From Macrostomum lignano (Eukaryota), in NCBI GenBank assembly GCA_002269645.1, contig NIVC01002830.1, positions 62,001 to 126,000 on the forward strand: a stretch of 64,000 bases of DNA, written 5' to 3'. Under the pieces are notes generated by a model that was given only the letters and a program-made list of their open reading frames with translations, ran no database searches and had not been told where the DNA came from. Positions 33,892-48,875 of the stretch are shown here, in pieces (positions within the stretch are counted from its first letter, which is position 1; each line of letters starts with the position of its first letter). A program made the position numbers and the translations under genes.

Positions 33892-36569
33892 TCAGACCAG
33901 AGTGTACATATCGATCGAGCTTTCCGCATCCGGGTTCACCACAGTCTGGTACAGTTGACTCGCTGACGCCACTTTTGTTGCCGTAGCCGGCGGCGGAGGA
34001 GGAGGAGGAGGCACAGGCGTTGCCATGGTGACAGTTGAGTCTCTAGCCACAGTGACCTCGGGCAGGTAATTATCGTAGAAGCAGATGGTGTCGAACCTGC
34101 CAGCCAGATCACCAGCTAAATTTGCAGTCTCGTGCTCGCTGCTGTGACAGCTGCTGTAGCACGGCAGCCGGTCGATATTGTCAGCAACTCCGATAATTTC
34201 ATTGTTGACGCTAAACGTCACCCGTTTGATGGTGCCCGATGCTGTTAGGGAGTGCTGCGGTGGCGGCTGCGACAGCTGCTGCGGCGGCGGAGGCGGAGGC
34301 AGCGACGCTGGCAGCGGCGAAGGCTGCGCTACAGCCGAGTCAAACGACGGTCGTCGCTTCCAAACTTCGAAGGAACCGTGAGGACAGGTGCACTGCAACT
34401 GGGAGCGCTGCAGCTGCTGCTGCTGCTGGAGCTTTCGAGAGTCTTGAACAACTGCCGGAGCTGCGGCTGCACCCTGCGAGGAGAATATTTGGATCTAAGC
34501 TATAAAATTAACAAGAGTATCGTGAATGAGATCCCTTCAGTACCGTGAATATAAGAGTACTTTAGTGTCGTGAGTGAGATCCCTTCAGTGTTGTGAATGA
34601 GATCCCTTAAGTGTCGTGAATTAGAGTCCTTCAGTGCCGTGAATAAGATACCCTCAGTGTCGTGAATGAGATCCCTTCAGTACCGTGAATGATCGATCCT
34701 TTTAGTGTCGTGAATATAAGAGTACTTTAGTGTCGTAAGTGAGATCCCTTCAGTGTCGTGAATGAGAGTACTTCAGTGTCGTGAATGAGAGTACTTCAGT
34801 GTCGTGAATGAGAGTACTTCAGTGTCGTGAATGAGAGTACTTCAGTGTTTGAATTAGAGTACTTCAGTGTCGTGAATGAGAGTACTTCAGTGTCGTGAAT
34901 GAGAGTACTTCAGTGTCGTGAATGAGAGTACTTCAGTGTCTTGAATGAGATCCTTCAGTGTCTTGAATGAGATCCCTTCAGTTCCGTGAATGAGAGTACT
35001 TCAGTGTCTTGAATGAGATCCTTCAGTGTCTTGAATGAGATCCCTTCAGTTCCGTGAATGAGAGTACTTTAACATCGTGAACGAGATCTCTTCAGTGCCG
35101 TGAATAAGATACCTTCAGTGTGCAGTGCTACCCCCGCCATCGAGTCTCTCAGTATACAATATTTTAGCATTGTATTACCTGGGAATTGGCACGGATGTGA
35201 CCGTCATCAGAACAGCAATTCAGCTGCTGCTGCTGCTGCACCCGCAGCTGGGCCGACGGTGACATGACCATCAACGAGTCGGGACGTTTCTGCGACGATG
35301 CCGGGAAGAACAGTCGCGGTGGAGGCGGCGGCGGTTGAGCCGGTCTCGACGTTTGCGTCTGCGGGGGCGGCGGCGGAGGCGGGGACGGCGTCAGTTGGTC
35401 TCCACCTGCGCAGGGCGTCGCCCCGTCGTCCTGGTCGCCCTCATCGCCGCTGCCGCTATGGTGGTAGTGCAACAGCGCTGTTGTGGTCACCAGTCGACAA
35501 GCCGGCGGTGTCGCAGCGGCAGCGGCAGCAGCAGCCGCCGCGGCAGCCGCGGCAGACGCAGCAGACGAATTGGAGGAACTAGCTTCGTAGTTGCCGGAGT
35601 CGGAGCTGCCGCACGCGGATGAATCGTCCCGCGTCGCGTTGGCCGAGAGCGCAGCGTCGAGATCCCAAGGGAAGCATCGGCGGTATCGATCAAAGCTGGG
35701 CACCCGCCGGTGGCATGTCGGGTCGATTTTTGCGACGAACAGGAACGGCAGATAGCCGCAGTTCTGCCGGCGGTTTGCTGCAAACACCCAGCGCCGGTCT
35801 ACGTGGTAGAGAATGCGCAGGTGCTCGCCAGCCCGAGCAGCCAGCTCGCGCGGTCCGCCCCCTGGGAAGTCGTAGAGAACTCGAGCTCGAATACCACGCG
35901 GTGGCGGTGGCAGCAGGCGAGCTCCGCTCTCCTCCCAGTGCCGCCGCCTCTGACGCCGGCGCTGCTGCCGCCCGGTGAGCCGAAAGACGCAGACGAAGAT
36001 GACGACGTCGAGGATGTTGACGAGTCGTCATCGGTGCTGCTCGAAGCGGAGAACCGGCGCTGCCTCCTCGGGCAGCGGTCACCCGTGCCCTCATCGGCGC
36101 TAGTTGAGCTGCCGTCGCTGTCGTCGCAAATGAGTCGGCTGGCCGTTCCAGGGCCAGGTGGAAGCCGCTTCGAGTTGGCATCGGCGGTGGTGGCAGTGGT
36201 GATGGCAGCACCGGAGCTTCCGGCCGTGGGCGTTGCGAGCTCCATCAGCTCGAGATCCTCGCTGGAGGCCAGGCTGCCCGTGGCCGACGCCGAAACTGAA
36301 AAGTTCAGCAGAGACGGCGGGTCGCTTGACTGTTGAAGCTTCGGCTGTTGCTGCTGCTGCGGCTGCTGCCGCCGCCTGCCTGAGCAGTCGAAGATCGGAG
36401 AATGCTGAGCATTGTTCATCGTAGCCGAGCGCGCGTTCTCTTTTTGCTTCTTTTTCTTCTTCCGTTTTCTAGCTTCGTTATTAGAGGGGCTGTCCTGGTT
36501 GTTCAGTATCAGCGGCTGCCGCTGCTGCAGCTGCTGCTGTTGCCAGGGCAGTCTGAAATTCAACATCAT
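33892..36569 (-). CDS. Disordered adaptor protein with one SH3 domain, an RVxF motif and a C-terminal PDZ-binding motif; reading frame switches before the SH3
   Basis: SH3 at 35889-35725: RARVLYDFPGGGPRELAARAGEHLRILYHVDRRWVFAANRRQNCGYLPFLFVAKI, in the frame of ORF 35164..35787 extended upstream. Donor GTAATA after 35179 joins acceptor at 34473 in phase 0; last exon ends ...MYTLV* (33892). Upstream Ser/Gln-rich ORF 35799..36569 is in another frame. Confidence 0.65.
34520..35120. repeat. 23-bp minisatellite (CAGTGTCGTGAATGAGAGTACTT) in SH3-gene intron
   Basis: Direct reading. Confidence 0.95.
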
Positions 36570-39207
36570 TCCAGCCGGTTAGGTAAGTCCGCATGAGCAC
36601 TCACGACGGGCAGTGTTGTCTTACTAGAGACTAGCTGATTGCGGAAGATATCTGCGATTCCCTATCTATATATGTATATGAGCCGGCAATAATCATGAAA
36701 GGCATCGGATTCAAAGAGGCTATTTTTATCTTAGTTTAAAGCCTGTCTGCTACTCTGTAGTCCAGTCGGCAAAATGCGTGGGGACAATGTTTTCTGGGGG
36801 GGGGGCAATGAATGCCATCGATCACTGAGCCTCACTGTTTCTGTTTGTGCTGATGCACGCGCAGTGAGGCGGCTTGGGCAGACTCTGCGCGTAGGTCTTT
36901 TCCTGATGCTGTAAATTATTTCCCAAATCCTGTCGTTGTTATTCCCTCTCTCTCTCTCACCTTGGGAAAAATTGTTCTGCAATGGTGTCTATCTATAAGC
37001 TTATAAGCCAGGTCATTGTTTTCTTTGACTAGGATAGGGCGAGAGGGCGAGAGGGCGAGACAGGAACGAGATTAGAGTGGCTGAAGTGTGTGCTCTCTCT
37101 AGCAGGCTGCGAAGTGGACCTTTGCGATCGGCGTGAGGAAGTTTTTTCCGCTTGGCCGAGAGAGTGGTGTAAACTGAGAGCGGTCTCGTTTATTGCTAAT
37201 TCTACCAACCAGCCCCCCTTGAGCTGCTTGGGCTGGTCAAGTGCTTAGCGAGCTGGGGACATGGGAATTCCTCGATGCTCCTCCCACAGAGCTTGACCTG
37301 AGAACTGAACCAATCGGGCCTGATGAGGCAGACCTTGGGGAGGTTTTTCTTCAGCGATGCTGCAGTAAATCTTAGCCCACCCTTAGCCCTGTTCGTGGGG
37401 ATCAGACCGGGGCGTGGGATAAAATCCTTTCGAAACCCAGCCGTTCCCACCCGCCGCCCTTCAAACTGATGGGGGGATCATTTATGACAGACTTGGAGTC
37501 TGTGTTGCGTCATCGTTAGATGCGGAGATTGTGTGTGTGTTTGTTCACGCTTCGCCCCAGCTCTCAATCATCGGTTCTGGGCGGTTGGGATTTTATCCCT
37601 ACCCTCTAAAGCTTTCTGTTCGTAGGTCGACCCCGAGGATATCGGAAGGGGCTAGGAAAGGCGACTTAGACTGAAAGAGAGAGTCTCTGTGCTCTTGGCT
37701 GAGGCAATCAATCGAGACAGAAAATGCATGAATACGAGAGCGAGCCTCAGTGTGTGTGTGAGTAATGTTTTAGGTCATTATTTAGGCCTGGATGCTGTTG
37801 CTCTGTGCTTGGCAGTGGGCCAGATTCACCCCTGGCAGAATCGCGGAAGGAATCTGATTTTTCCCAGTCAAGTTCCTCAGACCAGTTTTTATTGTTCAAA
37901 ACCGTATATGGCTGGTGGATGTCAGAGGGACGTCAGCTGCGGTGCCTGTCTTTTCTGAGTCACCAGTCGACAGACGCTGATCGTCACTTTCTCCGCTGTC
38001 CGCTGTCCGAAGCAAGTGGAGGGCGGAGGAATTTCAATGGGGTTCAGGTTCCTTCGTCCGTTCCGGCAGGCAACTGCCAGTAACCATGCATGGAACCGCT
38101 GGGCTTAGCTGTTGAACTGGACTCGTTTCTGGTTCCATAATCTTCTGAAAAATTTCCCGCCGCCAACAACTAACTGACCAGCCCCAGCTGACTGACCCGA
38201 CAAGCTTTGCCCGCCAAAGTTTTCGTGAAGAAAAGTCTGAAGTAATGTTCTTTTTTTAAGACCCCATACAGAGATGCTTATTTGTCTTTTCTGGTTTTAG
38301 AAAGGCGCTTGAAAGGGCCACGCCCTGACCGCTGCATGCTCTGCTCTTAATCCAGTTTAGAGGCTAAATGGCATATTGTCCTCAAAATCTTTTGCCATTA
38401 ATTTCCGGACTAAAAAGGCAACCGACACAAAGGCTTAAAATATTCAACGAAGAAAAAAATCCTATCGAAATTTAATTGCTATTGTCAAAGGACACGTTAT
38501 CCAATGCTGCTCAAAGCGTTAATTAACCTACAGCTCTCTGAAGACTCGTCTTGGATATTAAAGAAGAATTTATGTCATTTTGAATTGAAAATTCATCAAA
38601 TTCTGCTTTCAATGGCAACACGAAAACAGTCTGAAATATTTTTTCGTCTCGAATGCGGTTTTTCTGTTCAATTGAATTTCAATTTCAACTCTTACCCGAG
38701 AGCCGAGCTCACCTGAGCACTGCAGGACGGGGATTGTATCGGTAAATTTTTTCCTAATTTAGCTTGGAAAAAGGGAGAGGGGGTCGAATAGTAATCCGCC
38801 TGTCCTGAGAATTCAGTGTCAGTTGCATGTTAAGACGGTTTTTCCTCTGACTATCTATAGCTTCTGTTTGTCAGGGCTACCCCCGACCTCGGGGGACAGC
38901 GGTTAGTCAATGGAGCATTTCGAGGCAAGCTACTTATATTTGAGCAAATATAGGACTCAGCGACGGTTATTGGCGTCAACTGACTTTATGGGCTGTGACA
39001 ATCATAGTCAAGAAATTTAGGAAGGCTAGAAAATCAGAGGACTTGCTTTGAACTTCGCATTACAAACTCGACCATGACTGATTTGAAGGCTTGCAATGCA
39101 CTTTGTCAAGTGCATACTCCAGCCATTGCGCCGGTGCAAGGCGGTTGGGGGGAATTGCCGGGAAGGTTATCGATTATTTTGGATGAAGTTTGCTACTCTT
39201 ATTATTA

Positions 39208-39241
<34 letters not shown>

Positions 39242-40011
39242 GTTTTGCCGCGCTTTGGCCCTCGAATCCCAGCTCATTCCCGGCTGAGGGAGTTCAGAAT
39301 GAGAATTGAAGGGCAAGCGGGTAGGCGGGAGGCCACTTAAATTAGGACGAATTCTGAATGCGCCCAGCTCCATCCCGCCAGCCTCCATAATTCTGATCAG
39401 ACTTTTCCGGAAAATTTCCCGAGTGACCAGGCGTGGGATGGGGCGGCCGCCACTTTGGCTGCCTGCCCAGCCTCCCCAAAAACCTGGCCCTCTGTTCCTC
39501 CATCTCTCTTCTCCGATCGGACTCAAGGCTGGTCACTGGTCACTAATTAAAACAAAAAAGACGTACATGAGGAAAGAAAGTTCGGCCTTTGAAATTGATA
39601 GTGAAATTTCTTCTCAGTTCATGATCAGTATTTTTTAGCAAGACTTCGTGGAATAAATTACTTGAAACGCAGACGCAGACATCGGATTTTCACCAGAAGT
39701 TTATCCTCCCTTGTTGATCCTTAATATCCGGTTTGGTCAGGGACCCGCAGATAATCTAAAACCTTTCATCACCGTCTGTAAAAAAAACTATCCATATCCA
39801 ATCTAATTAATTTGTCTATCTAGTTTGGCTTGTGTGTATAAACTAAAAACTTTTTCGGTTTCTAAGCAAGGGTCGCTTTAATGTAGCTGCTCTCATATAT
39901 ATTTACGACGTATTTTGAGTTCGTGCACGGAAATTATAGTGATTTGCCGTACGCTTCCCGTCCATTATGGCCAGCTAACAAAGTGTTTTGAATGTGCATA
40001 TGACTGACAAC

Positions 40012-40830
40012 CAGGTGGCGCCAGCACCCAGTGGCGCCAGCATCCAGTGGCACCAGCACCCAGTGGCGCCAGCACCCAGTGGCGCCAAGCACCAAGTGGC
40101 GCCAAGCACCCAGTGGCGACAGCACCCAGTGGCGCCAGCACCCAGTGGCGCCAAGCACCCAGTGGCGCCAGCACCCAGTGGCGCCAAGCACCCAGTGGCG
40201 CCAAGCACCCAGTGGCGCCAGCACCCAGTGGTGCCAAGCACCAAGTGACGCCAGCACCCAGTGGCGCCAGCACCCAGTGGCGCCAGCACCCAGTGGCGCC
40301 AGCACCCAGTGGCGCCAGCACCCAGTGGCACCAGCACCCAGTGGCGCCAGCACCTAGTGGCGCCAGCACCCAGTGGCGCCAGCACCCAGTGGCGCCAGCA
40401 CCAAGTGGCACCAGCACCCAGTGGCGCCAGCACCAAGTGGCGCCAGCACCCAGTGGCGCCAGCACCCAGTGGCGCCAGCACCCAGTGGCACCAGCACCCA
40501 GTGGCGCCAGCACCTAGTGGCGCCAGCACCCAGTGGCGCCAGCACCCAGTGGCACCAGCACCCAGTGGCGCCAGCACCAAGTGGCGCCAGCACCCAGTGG
40601 CGCCAGCACCAAGTGGCGCCAGCACCCAGTGGCGCCAGCACCCAGTGGCGCCAGCACCCAGTGGCGCCAGCACCAAGTGGCGCCAGCACCCAGTGGCGCC
40701 AGCACCCAGTGGCGCCAGCACTCAGTGGCGCCAAGCACCTAGTGGCGACAGCACCCAGTGGCGCCAGCACCAAGAGGTACCAGCACTGCGCCAAGCACCC
40801 AGGGATGCCAGCACCAAGTGACGCCAGTAC
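40012..40830. repeat. About 16-bp minisatellite (CCAGCACCCAGTGGCG)
   Basis: Direct reading; explains ORFs 39934..40843. Confidence 0.95.
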
Positions 40831-41679
40831 CAATAGGCGCTAGTAGTAGTGCAAGCACCGAGTCAACTCTAAAGACTGCACCAAACTCAAACTGGATTCT
40901 CTCAAGATTTCAGCCCAACGGCTCAGCTGCACAAAAATGCTGACAAAAGCGCGAACTAAAAGTGCAAACAAGAAGTCTTCAAGAAAAGGCCAATGGAAGC
41001 TGCGCGGATCGGTCAAAACTTAATCAGATTGCACTGGCAGCGTTTGAGTGTCGCGGGTTGTAATTTAAATTAAAAAATCACATCACATTTATGGGACAAT
41101 GTTTAGTTAGCGGAATTTTCTGCTGTGCACTATTTCGAAATATTTAAGTCGCTAATTTACAACACCAACGCAACAATCCAAAGATGGACTCTCAGAAACA
41201 GTTGCAGCCATTAGCGAGAATTCGGCAAACGCACATAGTGAATAATTTGGACCTCTTATGAAGTTGAATTTTTATGACTGCTGGCCGCCAAAAATTGCCT
41301 GTTTTTATTGAGAGCTTTGATGCCCCGCCTGAGTGAGTTAAAAATACGGCAAAACCGTTTGATGTGTCGCGGATGGCTGATGCGGTCTCTGGTACTCGTA
41401 TTCGAAATAAAAACAGAATTTGTGGTGTCCAGGACTGACTGCCATAAGTCTGGTGGCTTGGTGAAAACGGGTGCAGCTTCAACTGAAATTCACTGACAGA
41501 TGGCCCACAGCCTGCCTTGCAGAGCGAAGGTTAAGCAATGAAAAAGAAAGAAGAGCGCGAGCCACTATACCCAAGAATTGTAGTAGAGAGGTTCAGACAG
41601 ACAGATACATTAAAATGTGGATAGCAGACATTGTGATAGATGAAGCTAAATACAGGTATGTCAGATACCAAGACAGAAC

Positions 41680-43315
<1,636 letters not shown>

Positions 43316-44194
43316 GGCTCAGCAAGCTCATACGCACCAAGATGCATTCAAAGAGTCCAATAGCTGAAAACAGCAACCCACACAACAATTCAGTGGGAGT
43401 TTCAGTCGGCACTCAAGCCACCCTACAAAGGCTGATGGGCTATTATCTTTTTTTCACTACTAATGCCTCGTTCAACATCAGCTTAAACTCCCCTGCCCCA
43501 GGCTTAAAGTCCAGATTCCATCAGAAAGCCAAGAATGAAGCTGTACTGCATTGCGGATGCAGGATTTTTACAGATGAAGCTGTTAGCGTGCATCCAGGAT
43601 CGGATTAAAAAGTGAGTTCTTCGACTTCCATTCAGATCGTGCTCATCTGCATTATGCTTTAAAAGCATTGCTGCATCCCCTTAAGCTACCGGCCTGCTGG
43701 GAAATTCTCCCATATCATCTCCAGCTTAGCTCAGCTGCAACTGTTAGAGGACCTGGGCTTCGGGGGATCATCTCTCGGTGGGCCTCGTGACCTCGGCGTC
43801 ATCTGTTGTCTTTAATAATTCATGACAGGCAGAAAATTTTAACTGCAGGGTGAAAGCTACTGTGATACTGTGAAAGATGCTGTGTGCTACATCTCGACGC
43901 CACCTAACCGGAGAAATCGATGCCATGCAGCTCAAGTCAAATTCATCATCGTTCGCCGGGGGGAACTGTCAGGCTCTCTCTGAGCTCCCTACCTCCCCCC
44001 TCTCTCCCTCTGTTTGCAGGCCCGGCCAAAGAAATCTACATGCAACCGTTTCTGAGGGGACAGGCAAAAACTCGCTTCTATACACAGCCAATGGCTGTCA
44101 CGCTTTTCCATGAAAGGGATTTTAATTTGTCCCATTGACCCGGGATAAACCTGGTTCTAAGCCTACCAGTCGAGGAGGCCCTGGATAGCGGTAA

Positions 44195-45160
44195 CAGAGA
44201 CCATAGATAGAGCTAAGTGTAGACCATAGCTAGGGCTAAGCGGAGATCATAGATAGGGCTAAGCGGAGAAAATAGATAAGGCTAAGCGGAGACGATAGCT
44301 AGGGCTAAGCGGAGAAAATAGATAAGGCTAAGCGGAGACCATAGATGGGGCTAAGTGGAGACCATAGATAAGGCTAAGCGGAGACAATAGATAGGGCTAA
44401 GCGGAGATCATAGATAGGGCTAAGTGGAGACCATAGATAGGGCTAAGCGGAGACGATAGCTAGGGCTAAGCGGAGATCATAGATAGGGCTAAGTGTAGAC
44501 CATAGATAGGGCTAAGTGTAGACCATAGATAGGGCTAAGCGGAGACAATAGATAAGGCTAAGCGGAGACTATAGATAGGGCTATATAGGATCAGACTAGA
44601 TTTTTCTATATAGAAAGGCTAAATAGGATCATAGATAGGCTATATAGGATCAGACTAGATTTTTCTATATAGAAAGGCTAGATAGGATCATAGATAGGGC
44701 TAAGCTGAGACAATAGATAGGGCTAAGCGGACGCCATAGATAGGGCTAAGCGGAGACAATAGATAGGGCTAAGCGGAGATCATAGATAGGGCTAAGTGGA
44801 GACCATAGATAGGGCTAAGCGGAGACGATAGCTAGGGCTAAGCGGAGAAAATAGATAAGGCTAAGCGGAGACCATAGATAGGGCTAAGTGGAGACCATAG
44901 ATAAGGCTAAGCGGAGACAATAGATAGGGCTAAGCGGAGACCATAGATAGGGCTAAGTGGAAACCATAGATAGAGCTATGTGTAGACCATAGATAGGGCT
45001 AAGCGGAGACAATAGATAAGGCTAAGCGGAGATTATAGATAGGGCTATATAGGATCAGACTAGATTTTTCTATATAGAAAGGCTAGATAGGATCATAGAT
45101 AGGGCTAAGCGGACGCCATAGATAGGGCTAAGTAGAGACCATAGATAGGGCTAAGCGAAG
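44195..45160. repeat. 23-bp minisatellite (AGACCATAGATAGGGCTAAGCGG) with higher-order duplication
   Basis: The variant order and the CTATATAGGATCAGACTAGATTTTTCTATATAGAAAGGCTA insert recur. Confidence 0.95.
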
Positions 45161-46714
45161 TGGGGGTAGCAGAGGCTGTAGAGAGGTGTAGAGAAAGCCC
45201 TAGCTGAGAGTAGCGGTGATCCAACAGGTGGTAGCGGCAGTACATACAGGCGTAAAGGTAGCATTAAGCGGCGGTCGGTTTGGGGATTAGCAGTGCTTCT
45301 TCAAAGTTTCCTGCCCCACGGGAAAAATGAAGCGAACATTGCCAAGACACGGATGCCTGCAGGAGTATCGGCAGGGCATCAGAAACAGCAGGGTCTTCGT
45401 TTCGTTTCGCGCGCAGTTCTTGGCTCGAATTCAGAGCAGCAACCCCATCATATTTCGACACTAAAAACTGGCTCACAAGGTGCTAACCCACCCAGCCTTT
45501 CATTATTAGCGGAATTTCTGCATCTTAGGAAAAAAGTCAGGAAACTTTTTTTGGAAATTAAAAGCGGCCTTCGAATGTGGAATGAACTGAAGACTCTAAA
45601 AAATAGCTAGATTTTTGCACCTGTTCCCGAAACGCCCTGCTACCTGACTAAAGGAGCCGCTCTTCTATCACTCCGGGTCTCTCTACCTTCCCATCAATCT
45701 GTAGGTAGAATACTTCTTGCTTTTGACTTTCTTTGAAATAAAGTAGAAACAAAACTTTGTTTTCTGTCGTTCAGAGGTTTCTTTGACACGGCCTCAGGTT
45801 GAACTGTTCATTCACTGATGTTTTTGCATTGTACTGGGTGTACAGAGGCCCTGGCATGTCCTTTGGAAATTTTTTAGAAAAAAAACCTTATACCCCAGCT
45901 GCTAGCACAGTGAGTATGGCTTACATGTAAATATACAGTCCTCCGCCCCCTGTCTTCTCTCTCTCTCTCTCTCTCTCCCTCTCTCTCATGTCCCCCAACT
46001 CGTCGCGTCCATCTTTGTCAGCCGGGATTCCCTTCACCTCGGCATTGCCGCAGGGCAAAATCTTTGGATTTGGGGGTCGCTGACTTTCAGAGACAGTGAG
46101 AAGTCGCCGCCACTTCTGCACGGTAGAGTGAGATCCATCTGATTTGACTGAGCAGTACTCAAATCTTGCCTGAGGCGCTGTGAGTAACGCTTCAGCGATT
46201 CTGTCTTGACCATTCACGAGTTAGTTCTCAATCTCCGGTTGCCAAGGGAGCAATCTTAGCTTGGCTGAGGCTCGCAGAGTCCAGAGACTCGAAGTATTGC
46301 ATTTCGCGATGCTTAAGTTAACGAAGTGGTCAACATTTATTAACGCTCATTTATGACCTGCAATTCTACAAGAGTAGCAATGTAGATGAGAAAAGTTGTG
46401 GCAGGTTTAACACAAGAGAACACCCTTGCTTTAATGTGGAGTGCGACTCTTCTGTCCATGGCGAGTTAAAGAAAACAAATTGTTGAATGCTCAAGTTTTA
46501 TTGAGACTCGGCAAAGAGGGGGTTCAGTCGTGGGACAGCGGAGAGAGAAACCTGCTTTTGACGAAATAAATTTGAAGAAATGACCCAATGCTGACTCGTT
46601 ATGCTGTTAATTACACTTTTAATATTTCGTTTTAGTGTATATATTGGATGGCCCTATAACTATTTTTAAGGGTATGTATGTTCGGGGGTATGTAGCTAAT
46701 TGTGTCTGCATAAG

Positions 46715-47110
46715 TGTCTGTCTGTCTGCCTTAGTGTCTGCCTGTCCGCCTTAGTGTCTGCCTGTCCGCCTTAGTGTCTGCCTGTCCGCCTTAGTGTCTG
46801 CCTGTCCGCCTTAGTGTCTGCCTGTCCGCCTTAGTGTCTGCCTGTCCGCCTTAGTGTCTGCCTGTCCGCCTTAGTGTCTGCCTGTCCGCCTTAGTGTCTG
46901 CCTGTCCCTCTTAGTGCCTATCTGTCAGCTTTTGCGTCTGTCTTAGTGTCTGTCCATCTTAGTGTCTGTCTGTCCGCCTTAATTCCTGCCTGTCTGTCTT
47001 AGTGTCTGTCTGTCAGCCTTAGCGCCTGTATTGGTGTCTGTCCATCTTAGTGTCTGTCTTAGTGTCTGTCTTAGTGTCTGTCCTAATGCCTGTCTGCTCT
47101 TCTTAGCTTC
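46715..47110. repeat. 20-bp minisatellite (TTAGTGTCTGCCTGTCCGCC), inverted relative of the GACA/ACTAA array
   Basis: Direct reading. Confidence 0.9.
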
Positions 47111-48134
47111 TGTCTTAGTGCCTGCCCCTCTTAGAATGTCTGCTCTAGGGGTCTGTCCGTACCAAAATTGATTAACCATAATGCTGTACACACTTAAACC
47201 ATGTGTGTACGGCCTGAAAAGGCAGACAGACAGCATGCCTAGTCCATTACTGTCTTATTCTGACTTTACTAGCCTTCAGAAATCTTTGAATCGCTATAGC
47301 AATCAACTTAAAAGTAGCCTCCTAAAATCTTCCTGGTTACTTTTCTCTTACAACCGCTGAAAGTTTAGAAGCACGTCAGACAGTATTCAACGGATCGAAC
47401 CGGTCCTCTAAACCCGAGCACCCAGCCCCAAATTTTCTTTGATGCCAGGCAAACTGTCAAAACAGCTTCAGCTCTACACAAAGAGCCTTCTTTCTGAGAG
47501 GAGAGGCAGATTAAAGGGGAGGTAAAGAGTCAACGAACTTGAGCAAGGGAACTATTATGGGCTGGTTGGCTTGTTAAGGAAAAGCTCTTCCTTCATCTGC
47601 CAGCAGGCCAAGTTTCGATGAGCTGGAGTCCCTGGGCGGCTGAACATAGGCCTGGATAGGAAAAGAAAGACGCGATGAAGCATTCCAATCCAGATTATCT
47701 GTCAAGGACTTCCTGACTCTCGAAGTCAAATCTGGACGGAGCGGATCAGCGGGATGCAGGATGAGGCACTTTGGGAGCATAAAGCGGCGTTCTCCCCTGC
47801 TGGCATGATTGCCGGGGATGGAAGCCAGAAGGCACAAGACGATTGGGAGCTGGGCTAAGAAGACCCAAAAACCAAGAGTCTGGCTCTACTAACTCAAGCC
47901 ATCCTCAAAAATCATCATCATAGACAAGAGTTGGTACTCCAGACTCCTGGTTCAAAGCGCCGCTTGTTTGAGCACTCGATCGTTTGGTCAAGTCTGGCGT
48001 GGTTGCGGCGGGAAATTCGATTTGCATCGGAGAGGGGAAAATTGGTTGCCGGGGGTTGGGATGGTGGGGAGTTGGGAGGAGTGCAGCATAGAGCAAGAAT
48101 GACTCAGATGAGTAGTGCATACAAGCCACCCCTA

Positions 48135-48397
48135 AGGGGTTGTAGCTAGCCTAGTGGTTAGAGCGTCCGACTCACAACTGAAAGGTCGGGGGTTCGATTC
48201 TCGACCCACTCGGAACAATTAGTGTCCTTGAGCATTGCTTCAGTTCACTCTGGTTAATTGAGGTTGTGTGGCGACCCCCCAGTCCTTGGACTGAACAGCC
48301 GTAAGCAGCCTTCAGATGCGCCGCAGCAATAGCTGCGGCTGAGCTGTCGGTTGCATGTCTGCCCACTAGGGCAGTGATAATCAATTAATATTATTAG
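48135..48397 (+). mobile_element. tRNA-derived SINE, copy 2 (internally deleted in the CORE segment)
   Basis: GGGGTTGTAGCTAGCCTAGTGGTTAGAGCGTCCGACTCACAACTGAAAGGTCGGGGGTTCGATTC...GGCGACCCCCCAGTCCTTGGACTGAACAGCCGTA...GCAATAGCTGCGGCTGAGCTGTCGGTTGCA matches the reverse complement of 13411-13707. Confidence 0.8.
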
Positions 48398-48875
48398 TAC
48401 ATACAAGCAAACGTTTAGAACAAAGAATATTGCCAACCAGTTGAAATTTTTGTTGAAGCGAACAGTTTAAACTGCCCAGAGCATCAAAAATTTGAGCAGG
48501 TTTCATGCTCACACGCAGAATCTCTCTAAATTCAATCTGATTTTGCCTTCCCTCCAACCCAGGTGCTGCAGATCCCAGCCAGATCCGCATGGAGATCAAG
48601 GAATTCTCCTCTGCCCCCGGGATTTTTCTTCAATAACATGCAAGAGGACCCTCTGATCATTGATAATTCTCTGCCCTGTGATGGTCACCGATCGAAGCCG
48701 GGACATTCCCGACATGCATTTCGGGGGCATGTCGGGACACCGGTGACAAATGCTTTCAGGGAATATGGGAAAGCAGATTTTGGGGTTGCCCCGGAGAGGG
48801 AGACAGATACGGGTAGAGAGTGGAGAGTGAGAGGTATAGACAGGGAGTAGATATGGGGAAGGTTTACAAAGTGAC

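Noticed and set aside
48684-48747. Hairpin with 11-bp stem (TCCCGACATGC/GCATGTCGGGA)
   Set aside because: Stem too short and irregular for a pre-miRNA; no other support.
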